Shown piece after piece: positions 18,295 through 28,538 of a DNA stretch of 64,000 nt (position 1 is the first letter of the stretch; each line of letters begins with the position of its first letter). Made by a program: the position numbers and the translations under genes. This DNA is from Candidatus Babeliales bacterium (GTDB lineage Bacteria > Babelota > Babeliae > Babelales > JANWKD01), in NCBI GenBank assembly GCA_963762115.1, contig CAVXJH010000006.1, positions 1 to 64,000 on the forward strand, in the 5' to 3' direction. Under the pieces are notes generated by a model. It was given only the letters and a program-made list of their open reading frames with translations, made no database searches and had not been told where the DNA came from.

Positions 18295-20126
18295 TCTTTT
18301 CGTTTAAATTTCTTTTCAATGTCATAAAGAGGTAAGAGCCAACTCGTTGGCCTTCCATGCGGACAACTAAATCTATTTTCAGTAACTTGCAAATCGTTCA
18401 AAAGCTTTTGCACGTGCTCATCACTCAAAACATCCCCTGCTTTCACCGCTGCCTTACAAGCCATTTGCGCTTGTAGAACATGATTAAGCTTGGGAAGCAA
18501 TGCATTGGATGCCGTGCCAATCTCTTCTTGAATAAGCACTATTATTTCTTGCAAAAAAGCACGCCATGCAATATTTTTCAAATGAACTGGTGTTGCTTGC
18601 ACCAACAATTGACGATCACCAAAAGGCTCAAGGACAATACCATTTTGCTCAAAAAGACTTAGATAAGAAACAAGCAATGCATATTCTTCATTGGTAAAGG
18701 TAACCACTTCAGGAAAAAGAAGTTGAATTGAAGCGCATTCCTCAAATCTTTTTGAAAAACGTTCATATAAAATGCGTTCATGAGCTGCATGTTGATCAAC
18801 CATCAAAATACCATCAGCTTGTTTAACCAAGATATACGTCTTATTAAAGATACCAAGAACATTAAATGCAATCTGTTCCACTGCATGTGCTTGAACTTCT
18901 TTCTTAGAACTCTCAATCGATAGTAGTTCTTGCTGGTACTTTTTTTCTTGAACGGAATGAGTAACCATACTTTCAGGTCCAACTGGTTGCATACTCTGAT
19001 AAGCAATTTGTGCTGATGTCGGCAATGAAAATGTTTTTTCAAAAAAAGAATTCTCTTTTGGCGGCTTATTACTAACGAAAGAATTGTTAACAGGAATTGC
19101 CACTGGCACAACTGCTTGTTGCAGTTGCTGAGAAATATTTTTTTCCAAAGCTGTCTTTACCAAATTCTGTAACGCTTTTTCAATACGCAAAGGTTGTATA
19201 AAGGAAACTTCTTCTTTGCGTGGATGAATATTAATATCAACTTCATGCGGATCAACCTCAATATGAATACACGCAGCTGGATAACGTCCTTGTTGCAATG
19301 TTGGCATATATCCTTTGATCAATGCTTGAGAAAGTTGATAGTTTTTTACCCAACGAGAATTCACAAAAAAGAAAATTTGATGGCGATTATAACGCGTTAA
19401 CTGTTGATTGGAAATCAATCCCGTAATCTTAAAATTCGGCAACTCATCATGCTCAACAAGAAAAAGGTTTTTTGCAAAATGAGAATCCCATACCTGCGCA
19501 ACACGATTTGTTAAGTCAATGGCCTTTGGGCAATTCAAAAGAAGAGTATTTTCAGAATGAAGTTGAAAATGAACCCCTGGATACATAAGTGAAAAAGCTT
19601 GTATAAGCATTATAATAGCACGAGATTCTGTTTCATCTTTTTTAAGAAATTTTCGACGCACCGGAACATTAAAAAAAAGATTTATGACGCTAATATCAGT
19701 GCCAATAGCACACGTAGCTGATTCAACATGAAAAGGCTTTTCTGGTTCACCGACAACTTTTGTTCCTTGTAATGTCTGCTCTTGCTTTGTATAGACGACT
19801 ATTGAACTGACCGCAGCAATACTTGCTAATGCTTCTCCACGAAAACCAAAGGTTTTTAGCTGAGATAAATCATCAAAACAAGTAATTTTACTCGTTGCAT
19901 GATGCTCAAAACATTTCAGCGCATCAGCCTCAGACATACCAAATCCATTATCAACAACACGAATTAATGATCGACCTGCATCATGAATAGTTATAGTAAT
20001 CACTGTTGCTCCTGCATCGAGTGCATTTTCAACAAGTTCTTTAACAACATTTGCAGGACGGTCAACAACTTGACCAGCAGCAATTTTTCGTGCTTCTGAA
20101 GGAGGCAAGGTAATAATTTTTTGCAT
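18291..20126 (-). CDS. mutL: DNA mismatch repair endonuclease MutL
   Basis: KELVENALDAGA, GFRGEAL, DQHAAHER, ACKAAVK, CPHGRP. Confidence 0.97.
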   Translation of the reverse strand: MQKIITLPPSEARKIAAGQVVDRPANVVKELVENALDAGATVITITIHDAGRSLIRVVDNGFGMSEADALKCFEHHATSKITCFDDLSQLKTFGFRGEALASIAAVSSIVVYTKQEQTLQGTKVVGEPEKPFHVESATCAIGTDISVINLFFNVPVRRKFLKKDETESRAIIMLIQAFSLMYPGVHFQLHSENTLLLNCPKAIDLTNRVAQVWDSHFAKNLFLVEHDELPNFKITGLISNQQLTRYNRHQIFFFVNSRWVKNYQLSQALIKGYMPTLQQGRYPAACIHIEVDPHEVDINIHPRKEEVSFIQPLRIEKALQNLVKTALEKNISQQLQQAVVPVAIPVNNSFVSNKPPKENSFFEKTFSLPTSAQIAYQSMQPVGPESMVTHSVQEKKYQQELLSIESSKKEVQAHAVEQIAFNVLGIFNKTYILVKQADGILMVDQHAAHERILYERFSKRFEECASIQLLFPEVVTFTNEEYALLVSYLSLFEQNGIVLEPFGDRQLLVQATPVHLKNIAWRAFLQEIIVLIQEEIGTASNALLPKLNHVLQAQMACKAAVKAGDVLSDEHVQKLLNDLQVTENRFSCPHGRPTSWLLPLYDIEKKFKRKD

Positions 20127-20181
20127 ATTTTTATAAAGGTAAAAAATAATAGTAGAAAGATTAGTTTATGTTGTTAGTGTA

Positions 20182-20361
20182 TCAGTTTTGTGTATTGTTG
20201 CTAGAATCATCTTCAACATCATACACCTCTTGCTCCACCTGCAATCTAAAAAAAGAGTGTTTTTTTCGCTTTTTTGACTTATCTTTAGGTGGTCCTGAAC
20301 TTACAAAAGACAGAGTAAATAACGTCAAAACACCGAATATAAGAAATGATATTTTTTTCAT
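20182..20361 (-). CDS. 59-aa secreted peptide with basic NLS-like cluster (below the ORF-track cutoff)
   Basis: Hand translation: MKKISFLIFGVLTLFTLSFVSSGPPKDKSKKRKKHSFFRLQVEQEVYDVEDDSSNNTQN*. AAAAGGA RBS upstream. Confidence 0.6.
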   Translation of the reverse strand: MKKISFLIFGVLTLFTLSFVSSGPPKDKSKKRKKHSFFRLQVEQEVYDVEDDSSNNTQN

Positions 20362-20435
20362 GAGTATGTCCTTTTTTGTATAATTTTAAAATAACAAAAA
20401 AGACAGCTTAATTTCAATAGTTTGCTTTTTGTTTC

Positions 20436-21488
20436 TTATTGCAAATTAAATGTCCAGGCAATATTAGTATTTAAAAAGTAACTTGTTTTATTCTGTATAC
20501 CCGTTAATTTTTGATAAACAGGAACGCCGATACCAATTTGAAAAACAAAATGCTTTGATGAAATCCACAATGAAGGCGCACCAAAAAGAATATGGCTACC
20601 GCTATTAGGATCTGGTTGATTCATAACAATATTTTTTTGCGTACGAATACCAAATAATTCAAAAATCCATGCAAAAATCCATTTTTGAGGCAATGTACCA
20701 ATAATACCTTCAAAACCCAATTGATAAAGAAGGGTATTACCAAATTTACGACCGTTCTTTTTGGTGGTTATTAAGCCGCCAACAGAACCATAAACATACC
20801 AAAACAATGCTTGATAAGTCGTCGTTGTCCCCAAAAAAAATGCTGGCGAACCAAATCCAGTTCTCGGATTTTTTTTTGTTGATCCTGTTGGTAAAACAAT
20901 ATTACCAACAATCGTTGCTTGAAATTCACCCTTCAAAGTTCTTTTATCATAATACGCATATTCAACTTGTAAAATTGTATCTTCCAAGCCTGAAGAGTGG
21001 GCTTCCGTTGTATCATCATTATCATCATCATCATTATCAGAATCCATCATTGCATCGATATCAAAATTATTCATTCTTATTACTTCATGGCCATTTCTAA
21101 GAGGGACAAGGGAGCTTATTGAAGTTACTGTTCCCTTTGCCGTCCGCCTTAAAGCAACAGGCATAGCCAAAAAAATTGAAAGCGTATCAGTAATGCCATA
21201 AAGGGCATACAAATTAAGTTCACTAGCGCTAAAATTATGACCGCGAAGTTTATTAGGTGAACAATATATTTGTAAATCTCTTTTATTAATAATATTTTGA
21301 CCAAAACCAAAAAGAGGTCCTGGTTCTTGTGTTGTTGGCAACAAAAAATTACCAACAGCAAGCGGTTCTACACCTTTTTGACCTTGCTCTCCGGGCTCAT
21401 CAATGCCAACAGCTCTGGAAACAAGCTGCATCGGCGACAACAAAAAAATTGAAATACAGACTATAAAGACCACAATACGATGATACAC
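20436..21488 (-). CDS. putative outer-membrane beta-barrel transporter-family protein with an Asp-rich insert
   Basis: Signal peptide, GLEDTILQVEY, VLPTGS...GFGS, amphipathic strands, aromatic C-terminus (IAWTF). Confidence 0.55.
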   Translation of the reverse strand: MYHRIVVFIVCISIFLLSPMQLVSRAVGIDEPGEQGQKGVEPLAVGNFLLPTTQEPGPLFGFGQNIINKRDLQIYCSPNKLRGHNFSASELNLYALYGITDTLSIFLAMPVALRRTAKGTVTSISSLVPLRNGHEVIRMNNFDIDAMMDSDNDDDDNDDTTEAHSSGLEDTILQVEYAYYDKRTLKGEFQATIVGNIVLPTGSTKKNPRTGFGSPAFFLGTTTTYQALFWYVYGSVGGLITTKKNGRKFGNTLLYQLGFEGIIGTLPQKWIFAWIFELFGIRTQKNIVMNQPDPNSGSHILFGAPSLWISSKHFVFQIGIGVPVYQKLTGIQNKTSYFLNTNIAWTFNLQ

Positions 21489-21573
21489 TTTTTATCTCTC
21501 TTTTTTTTATGAAATAGTTTTTCAATCAGTATAACAATCATTGCTGTTTTTTTAAGCCATAAAAAAAATTAAT

Positions 21574-22107
21574 TTAATGCATCATAAAATTGATGTATTC
21601 TTTCTTATCAGAATCGACAAAAGGTTGTAATTTAGTGACCTCTAAAGCAGCAACAGCAGGAATTTGCTGCATTTTTTGCAGAAATTGTGTTATTACACTT
21701 AACGAGCGTCCTTGACCAGAAATCTCAATAAATTTCTCATGAGCATATTCAAAATATGACAAACAAATATCATCAGGAATAACGGAAAGCAATCTTTTAA
21801 AATCTTGATTAAATAAAGACTTTTTTACTACCAATGCCGCTAAAAGTTCTTTATTTTTTTGCAATGAAACAAGTTGTTTCTTGAGCACATCGACGTTACC
21901 ATGTTCTTGCACAGGTACTGGAATAAGTGCCCCCTGCTCTTGTTTTAAGAGCAATAATTGCCAACACTGATAGCCCGTATAACTGCCCATTGCAAGCATC
22001 ATACAAAGTAACAAAAAGCATGAACGATTATACCATGTTATACAGGCAACATATTCCCGAGGAGCAATAGGATTAATTAAATTGGCGGTATCATTAGGAC
22101 ATTTCAT
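21574..22107 (-). CDS. PilN-like type IV pilus/T2SS alignment protein
   Basis: INPI motif, single TM, coiled coil, VIPDDICL..., EISGQGRS...FLQKM. Confidence 0.65.
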   Translation of the reverse strand: MKCPNDTANLINPIAPREYVACITWYNRSCFLLLCMMLAMGSYTGYQCWQLLLLKQEQGALIPVPVQEHGNVDVLKKQLVSLQKNKELLAALVVKKSLFNQDFKRLLSVIPDDICLSYFEYAHEKFIEISGQGRSLSVITQFLQKMQQIPAVAALEVTKLQPFVDSDKKEYINFMMH

Positions 22108-22729
22108 TGATTACCTGCTTTCCTAATAAAAAAAGACCTTGATGAAAGGCCTTGCTTTGATTTTCAAGAGTATTGATTTTTCGTTGCTTCAATTCTTCTA
22201 AACTCATATATGCAGTAGAGTCCGCCGATTGTGTCACTTCTAATAAGGCACGCAAAGTAGAACTTATTAAACAACAGTTAAATGGTGTTGATAATGCTAA
22301 CAATTGATATTGCATAATAATTTCTCGTGCAATACTAAAAAAATATACTTGTTGTTGGTCCTGTAATTGTCGTGGCAAAAAATAAAAATTCCATACTTTT
22401 GATGGCGCAATTTTTTTTGCCACATCAATTGGTGCGTCACCATCTTTTTCAAAAGAAATAAGTTGTTCTTGCAACGCTCCCCCTTGCAAGCCAAGCGCAA
22501 CAAAAGCGTTTTGCACTTTGTTTTCTTGCAAAAAAGTTCTAAATAATGTTTTTAAAGCAGTGTGATTAAAAATAACACCTTCATAAATTTCAGATTTCAT
22601 AAGCGGAATTTTTTGAAAAGTTCCTTGCATGGCTGAACTTTTCAAATCAAAAGCAGTAAAGCTCAAACAATCAGGTTCGATAACTGCTGTTACCAATGTT
22701 TTTTTAGGAGCGCATGAAAGGTCCCACAC
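22094..22729 (-). CDS. divergent PilM-like protein
   Basis: Directly upstream of and overlapping the PilN-like gene; IYEGVIFNHTALKTLF resembles the PilM N-terminus. Confidence 0.45.
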   Translation of the reverse strand: MWDLSCAPKKTLVTAVIEPDCLSFTAFDLKSSAMQGTFQKIPLMKSEIYEGVIFNHTALKTLFRTFLQENKVQNAFVALGLQGGALQEQLISFEKDGDAPIDVAKKIAPSKVWNFYFLPRQLQDQQQVYFFSIAREIIMQYQLLALSTPFNCCLISSTLRALLEVTQSADSTAYMSLEELKQRKINTLENQSKAFHQGLFLLGKQVINEMS

Positions 22730-22811
22730 AAAAATTTCCTTTTGCCATTGGGTAAAATCTATACTGTTTCTATAAAAACACTATAGATTTTTTACATCAC
22801 CTTATGCAAGA

Positions 22812-23291
22812 TTATTTTTTCAAGAAAGTGTGATAATAAGCAACCGCACTTCCTATTCCAAGACAAACTCCGCCAAAAAAACCTAGACACAACAAGAACT
22901 TCTCATTGTGTTCTAAAAATGTTTCTTTTCTTACCCCATCATTATTTTTCTGAGTCCAAACTTCTTTTTTTGATTTCTTCCAAGCTTTTCTTTCAACTTG
23001 CCAAGCCGCTTTTTGAGCCCTTCCCCAAGCATCAAATACTGGCGCCAAATCAGCATCATTAAAAAAAAGAGTTCCATTCTTACATCGATTACGAGCAGTA
23101 AGCTGCACACTATACTGATTCGTGGGCAAATGTGCACTAAAAATAGTAACGCTAACTTCTTGCTTAACCTCTCTATTTTCTTGTTGCACCTGAGATTCAG
23201 GAAGTTTCCCTTCTTCCTTACTTTCCATAGCAAAAGATAAAGATGCACCACATAAAAAGCTCAAAAACATAAAAAAATAACCTATTTTCAT
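22812..23291 (-). CDS. secreted protein with C-terminal TM tail (family member 1)
   Basis: SFA|MES; tail FLEHNEKFLLCLGFFGGVCLGIGSAVAYYHTFLKK. Confidence 0.75.
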   Translation of the reverse strand: MKIGYFFMFLSFLCGASLSFAMESKEEGKLPESQVQQENREVKQEVSVTIFSAHLPTNQYSVQLTARNRCKNGTLFFNDADLAPVFDAWGRAQKAAWQVERKAWKKSKKEVWTQKNNDGVRKETFLEHNEKFLLCLGFFGGVCLGIGSAVAYYHTFLKK

Positions 23292-23363
23292 AGATATACC
23301 TAAAATAAAGATGATTAATTAATTAATATGAAACACGAACTCGATGTTCAAAATAAGCAAAAT

Positions 23364-23498
23364 AATCAGAATTGTCATTGCGAGCGTAGCGTGGCAACCC
23401 AGATAATAAAATTAGTTCATTAAAAAAGAAATTTACCAAAATTCTGGGTTGCCACACCTTGCCTATCGAAGGCAAGGTTCGCAATGACAATTCTGATT
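23364..23498. repeat. TGTC-tagged REP-like palindromic doublet
   Basis: AATCAGAATTGTCATTGCGAG-..-GTGGCAACCCAG ... CTGGGTTGCCAC-[hairpin]-TCGCAATGACAATTCTGATT. Confidence 0.88.
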
Positions 23499-23560
23499 TT
23501 AATATTTTTTACCTTAGGCTAAGTTTATGTTCTTTATTCGTCAAGTTCGCGTTATGAAGA

Positions 23561-24124
23561 TTATTTTAAATGATAAAGCCACAAACTACTAACAAAAGTA
23601 ACACCTGCGGCAAAAGATAAAAAACCTATTTGAACAACATTTTTCTCAGCCCATGTTCTTGTATCATAAAGTTGTGCCGTAGAACCAACATTTAAATACC
23701 CAATTTGCTTTTGTAATGACTCAATTTTTTCATCTTTTTTTTGCATCTCTTCAGGTGAAAAAAAATTTTCTCGTGTTTTTATACATTGAGTAAGTGAATC
23801 CAAATCATCATGACTAAGCACCAAAACATGCGATACTTCATGTTTATTATTTTTAACGCTTTTTCTCTTTTTGTTTAACGGCACTTCTTTAAAATGTTGA
23901 TCATTTAAGGGAATTATATGCACACTTTCTTCGGATTCTGTATCATCAAATCGAAAAATAAGCGATGTTATGCTAATCTTCGGAACCTCATGAGAGACAG
24001 CGGGAAATGGCTTACGAGGGGAATTAACTGGTTGTTTTCTTACATTCATTGCATTAGATGAAAATATCATACACTGCATTACTATAAAAAAAATTAATAT
24101 TTGTTTCATTACTATGCCCCGCAC
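23561..24124 (-). CDS. secreted protein with C-terminal TM tail (family member 2)
   Basis: SNA|MNV; tail WAEKNVVQIGFLSFAAGVTFVSSLWLYHLK. Confidence 0.75.
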   Translation of the reverse strand: MRGIVMKQILIFFIVMQCMIFSSNAMNVRKQPVNSPRKPFPAVSHEVPKISITSLIFRFDDTESEESVHIIPLNDQHFKEVPLNKKRKSVKNNKHEVSHVLVLSHDDLDSLTQCIKTRENFFSPEEMQKKDEKIESLQKQIGYLNVGSTAQLYDTRTWAEKNVVQIGFLSFAAGVTFVSSLWLYHLK

Positions 24125-24200
24125 CCTACTCTTTTTTTCTTACTACTCATGCACCTAATTCACTGATTATTTTACAAAAATTAACAGAAAGAAAGCAATA

Positions 24201-25094
24201 TTACTCGCAATAATAACCAACAGCAACACGATCATGCCCAGCAAGATCTTTGAGTATTGTTATCTGACTATAACCATGATCAACTAATAAATCATATACG
24301 GCAGGCCCTTGCAAATGGCCAATTTCAACATACAGATTACCTAACCCATATTCACGTAATTCATCATTATGGCGTAACCATGTGGGAGCTTCTTTAATAA
24401 TCGATGTAATAAGCGCCAAACCATTTTCCTGCGCAACTAATGCTTTTTCATCTTCCCACTCTTTAACCATCGGATCAAGATCATTATATTCTTTCTGACT
24501 AATATAAGGTGGATTCGTAACAATAAGATCAAATGATATATCTTTTGGTAATTGAGAAAAAAGATCTGATTGTATAAAGGTAACCGTCGAAATATCGTTA
24601 AAATCAGCATTTCTTTGCGCTAACTTTAATGCTGTCACCTCACTATCAACAGCATATATCGTTGCCTGCGGCAAAGCCTTTGCCAAACTCAACGCAATCA
24701 CCCCTGAGCCCGTACACATATCAAGAATCGTCAATTTTTTATTAGGCAGCTTTTGTAACTGAGCTACTAAATTCATAACCCATTCTTCTGTTTCCGAGCG
24801 CGGAATAAGCGTTGGTGGTTCAACAATACTATCAAGATCGCCAAAAGGCACTGAACCGAGAATATATTGTAATGGTTTATGATGTTGCACATGTTCAGTT
24901 ATAAAAATTAATAATTGCTTTTCTTGCTCATCAGTAAGTATATCTTGTTGTTCACTTACCAATGCTAGCAATGATTTTCCGGTCACTTTTTGCAATAATA
25001 ACTGGGCAATCTGCTGTTGTTCTTCTTTGGTTGCATAAAGCGAAGCGAGTTGTTGTGAAAGAGAATGAATATAAAATAAAAAAGATTTGTTCAT
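24201..25094 (-). CDS. prmC: release factor glutamine methyltransferase
   Basis: PLQYILG, LIPRSETEE, LDMCTGSG, TNPPYI, EIG..QG, KDLAG.DR. Confidence 0.95.
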   Translation of the reverse strand: MNKSFLFYIHSLSQQLASLYATKEEQQQIAQLLLQKVTGKSLLALVSEQQDILTDEQEKQLLIFITEHVQHHKPLQYILGSVPFGDLDSIVEPPTLIPRSETEEWVMNLVAQLQKLPNKKLTILDMCTGSGVIALSLAKALPQATIYAVDSEVTALKLAQRNADFNDISTVTFIQSDLFSQLPKDISFDLIVTNPPYISQKEYNDLDPMVKEWEDEKALVAQENGLALITSIIKEAPTWLRHNDELREYGLGNLYVEIGHLQGPAVYDLLVDHGYSQITILKDLAGHDRVAVGYYCE

Positions 25095-25109
25095 AGTAGT
25101 AACTCTAGC

Positions 25110-25147
25110 AAAAAAGCTCGCTGTTTTGAACAACGAGCTTTTTTTTT
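25110..25147. terminator. bidirectional intrinsic terminator
   Basis: AAAAAAGCTCG...CGAGCTTTTTTTTT. Confidence 0.7.
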
Positions 25148-25168
25148 ATACGTAAAATAATTAATCTT

Positions 25169-25653
25169 TTATTTAAAAAACATACTTGCAGCAGCAGTTA
25201 AGGTAACACTCGCAGCACCTACAAGAAGTGCAAACTTTCCTGGATTTCTTTGATATGTTTTCTTTTTATTTTCATGATCTTCAATTGCTGCTTGAGCTAC
25301 TAACCTATTCTCATCCGTATCAAAAAAGCTTAAAATAGCTTTTGAATAAAGTTTCTGACCTGTTACAAAATCATCTTTTGTAAATCCAAGATTCATTTCA
25401 CCCTCTTTATCAGATGTTACATAATGTTTCTTAGGATCAACATCAATGGTAATGACTCGTTCAAATTTTTCTATATCGCCATCTTTAACTTTTTTTCCAA
25501 GCAAAACTTTTCCTATATTAAGTTTAACCGCTTGTCTATCTTCATCACCTTTTTTTCTTTTTCACCCATATCACCTGCATATGATGATTGCACAAAAGCA
25601 CCTACCATACACGCTGCCATGAAAGAAAAAAATAACTTATGAGTACTATTCAT
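25169..25653 (-). pseudogene. secreted protein with C-terminal TM tail (family member 3), split by a -1 frameshift
   Basis: The signal-peptide ORF (MNSTHKLFF...SSYA|GDM) joins ORF 25169-25504 through GAA AAA AAG at 25549-25557. Tail YQRNPGKFALLVGAASVTLTAAASMFFK. Confidence 0.7.
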
Positions 25654-25740
25654 AAAAAATCCCCTTGCTTGAAAAAATAACACACCTCTTTCAAAAAAAG
25701 TGTATGCTATTGCAGCAAAAGAATTCAATATTTTAAATTG

Positions 25741-26460
25741 TTAAACGATCTTTTCTTTTTCTTTACCATTTTCAGAATCAGAATTAAAAGAATCTCGAGG
25801 GGTTCCTTTTCCTTTATAGGACTTATCAAATGGTGATAAAGATTGATTTTTTGTATTTTTTCTCTTCTTATAAATTAAAGACTTCTCTTTTTTTTTATCT
25901 TTTTTATCTTTAACTTCGAACGATCGTGGGGAACGATCACCCCATGAAAATCGTTTTTTTCGAGGAGAAATATCGGCATTTTCTAAAATTATTTCTATTT
26001 TATCTTCTATGCCTGACAAAGATTGTTTTAAATCTTTTCGTTTTCTTATTTTTGCAAGATCAATAACTCTTTTTTGACGGGCAAAATCCTTCAATTCAAT
26101 TACATCTTTCTTCAATACTAAAAGATCATTATAAATGGTATCTACTGAAACATTATGAGGATTTAAACCTTGCAACTGAACAATTGCTACATTTGCAGCC
26201 TGCAATTGTTGATTAAGAGCGCTAACTTCACCCTGCGTTGCCGCTTTTGCACCAAAAAATTTTGAAGCAAGAGCATCATAGGATTTATTCAAAGCAAATA
26301 CACCAACAATCAACGCTGGGCCCTTAACCCACCATGAATATTCATCAAATTGCTTTGATGTTTCTTGCATAAAATGAGTTACATATTCCATACTAAAATT
26401 AGTGTGCACTGAAATAAAAAAAATAAACGTAAGAAGTAGTCTCAAGATAGGTGTTTTCAT
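25741..26460 (-). CDS. hypothetical secreted protein with TM, coiled coil and Lys/Arg-rich C-terminus
   Basis: NFS|MEY; ISPRKKR and YKKRK clusters. Confidence 0.7.
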   Translation of the reverse strand: MKTPILRLLLTFIFFISVHTNFSMEYVTHFMQETSKQFDEYSWWVKGPALIVGVFALNKSYDALASKFFGAKAATQGEVSALNQQLQAANVAIVQLQGLNPHNVSVDTIYNDLLVLKKDVIELKDFARQKRVIDLAKIRKRKDLKQSLSGIEDKIEIILENADISPRKKRFSWGDRSPRSFEVKDKKDKKKEKSLIYKKRKNTKNQSLSPFDKSYKGKGTPRDSFNSDSENGKEKEKIV

Positions 26461-26546
26461 AAAAATCCTCATTAAAAAAATAACTTTTTTTGTTATCCAT
26501 GTTTTAACAAGGCTACTCAAAAAAGGCAAATTTTATCAATGGATTC

Positions 26547-27446
26547 TTATGATTCAAGCAACTGTTTAACATAATTTTGAGCATCAAAAACATCAAACTG
26601 CTCAACCCCTTCTCCATGAGAAATATAAGCAATGGGAATATGCAATTCTTGTGCGATAGCAAAAACAATGCCACCTTTTGCCGTGCCATCCATTTTGGTC
26701 AAAATAATGCCATCTAAAGAAGTGCTTTCATTAAATAGTTTTGCTTGTTCAAATGAATTTTGACCAAGCATAGAATCAATAGTAAGCAACGTGGTAACCT
26801 TTTTTTCAGGTAGTTGCTGCGAAAGAATGCGTCTAATTTTTTCTAACTCTTTCATCAAATTAGTTTTTGTCTGCAAACGACCTGCCGTATCAATAATAAG
26901 CACATCATACCCATTATTTTTAAACTGCTGACAAGCAGTAAAAATGACCGAAGCAGGATCTTGATTTTCTTTGCCGATAATAATATCAGCATGAATGCGG
27001 GTTGCCCATTCTTTCAATTGCGCTGTCGCAGCCGCACGAAAGGTATCACCGGCAACCAGTAAAACCTTTTTACCTTGTTTCACAAACTGATTAGCCAACT
27101 TTCCAACAAATGTTGTTTTCCCACTACCATTGATACCAACAAGCAGGAAAACCTGATTTTCAGAAGTGAATTTCTGAGCTTCTAAATGCTCAATCAGCAA
27201 TTTTTCTAATGCTTTTTTTAAATCTTGCCCATGCTCAATGCTGCCCTCTTGCACACTTTTACGCAATCGCGTTAATACAGCACGAGTTGTTGTGACGCCA
27301 GCATCAGCGCTTAAAAGCAGTTGCTCAAGTTCTTTCAACGTTTCTTCATCAATTGTTGTTCGAGAAAACAGCGTGGAAACTTTTGCCGTGAATGATGAAT
27401 AAATGGTTGAGAGTTTATTTTTTATGAAATTAAACATTTTTTCCAT
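26547..27446 (-). CDS. ftsY: signal recognition particle receptor FtsY
   Basis: GINGSGKTT, DTFRAAA, DTAGRLQ, TKMDGTAKGG. Confidence 0.97.
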   Translation of the reverse strand: MEKMFNFIKNKLSTIYSSFTAKVSTLFSRTTIDEETLKELEQLLLSADAGVTTTRAVLTRLRKSVQEGSIEHGQDLKKALEKLLIEHLEAQKFTSENQVFLLVGINGSGKTTFVGKLANQFVKQGKKVLLVAGDTFRAAATAQLKEWATRIHADIIIGKENQDPASVIFTACQQFKNNGYDVLIIDTAGRLQTKTNLMKELEKIRRILSQQLPEKKVTTLLTIDSMLGQNSFEQAKLFNESTSLDGIILTKMDGTAKGGIVFAIAQELHIPIAYISHGEGVEQFDVFDAQNYVKQLLES

Positions 27447-27566
27447 TCAGATATAAGTATGGATTTTTTATTAATTATATACTTTTTTGTAAGAATTAAT
27501 ATTGGGTTTTGTTTGTAGTAATTATTATCTATTTCTTATATTGTTTTGCTTTTTTTAATATCATTC

Positions 27567-27806
27567 GGCCCTATGCGGGCAGCACAAATGTATTGCGTGC
27601 CCAATACATTTGATACAAAGGCCCCAACGTTTCGTTGGATCTAATCTCTCGCTCGAATGCGGACCACTCCATTATTCATGCTTTCAGCATCAAAATTCCG
27701 GGTACCCGTCTCGCTACCGGAATAATATTTATAAATTTCTCTCAATACAAATAACATCCAAAAAAGAAATGTCATCCTGAGGCGATAGCCGTGAGGATCC
27801 AGTCTA
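27567..27806. repeat. ~240-bp structured noncoding element, copy A
   Basis: Near-identical reverse complement at 31942-32184; contains several hairpins and a terminal TGTCATCCTGAG...GAGGATCCAG REP-like unit. Confidence 0.92.
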
Positions 27807-27830
27807 AAAATTTTTCCAAAATAATAAAAA

Positions 27831-28376
27831 TTAATGTTTATTGTTCATCAACTCACGCAAAAACCAACCCGCAGCACCACAAGAAATGCCCGTCGACAGC
27901 ATACCTAACCCGGCACAATAATAAGGATGCCGCTCAAATACATTCTTTTGTTTTTTAATCCTTGTTTCAGTATTAGATACATGTATTAATGGTAAAATTC
28001 TTTTTTCCATTGGTCGAATATCCCATATAACCGTTGAATTATTGTTTCTTTGCCCATTATTTTTAAGTAATAAAGCGGGAAAACAACGATCAACATCTTT
28101 TTGAGTAAGGGGAAAATTACTGACTATTTTAATTGATACTCGACCTCTATTAAGATTCTCAAAAAATAAACTATCATTATCCATTCCATCGGGATAATGA
28201 TTTTTTTCCGTTTGTGCAAAAAGATATTCCGAAATAAAACTATAAAATCTGGTGGGCTTATCAACAAGAAGAGTATGCTTCATCACATTCTTCTTTCTTT
28301 TCTTCTTTATGCCTAATAATCCTGTTGATGAAAAAAATAATAAAAAAACAAAAATACTCATTGCCCAGGTTCTCAT
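27831..28376 (-). CDS. secreted protein with C-terminal TM tail (family member 4)
   Basis: Signal peptide followed by KKKRKK; tail VFERHPYYCAGLGMLSTGISCGAAGWFLRELMNNKH. Confidence 0.72.
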   Translation of the reverse strand: MRTWAMSIFVFLLFFSSTGLLGIKKKRKKNVMKHTLLVDKPTRFYSFISEYLFAQTEKNHYPDGMDNDSLFFENLNRGRVSIKIVSNFPLTQKDVDRCFPALLLKNNGQRNNNSTVIWDIRPMEKRILPLIHVSNTETRIKKQKNVFERHPYYCAGLGMLSTGISCGAAGWFLRELMNNKH

Positions 28377-28467
28377 AACTCTTTTTCTCACTCTATTTTT
28401 ATAATAATTGATAAAATACTGAAAAATTAGCCTTATAAACAACCAAAAGAATAGGTTGTTATTAAAA

Positions 28468-28511
28468 AAAAACAGGGCTTGCTTGAAAATAGCCAAGCAG
28501 GCCCTGTTTTT
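28468..28511. terminator. intrinsic terminator
   Basis: AAAAACAGGGCTTGCTTG...CAAGCAGGCCCTGTTTTT. Confidence 0.7.
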
Positions 28512-28538
28512 GAATAATTTTTAACGATCACTCTTTAT

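Noticed and set aside
20168..20383. 71-aa + strand ORF from the track
   Set aside because: The opposite-strand 59-aa ORF has an RBS and signal peptide and matches the local gene orientation.
27567..27806. SRP (4.5S) RNA, because the element sits just upstream of ftsY
   Set aside because: No SRP domain IV motif (CAGG..GGAA..AGCAG) on either strand, and a second copy lies elsewhere.
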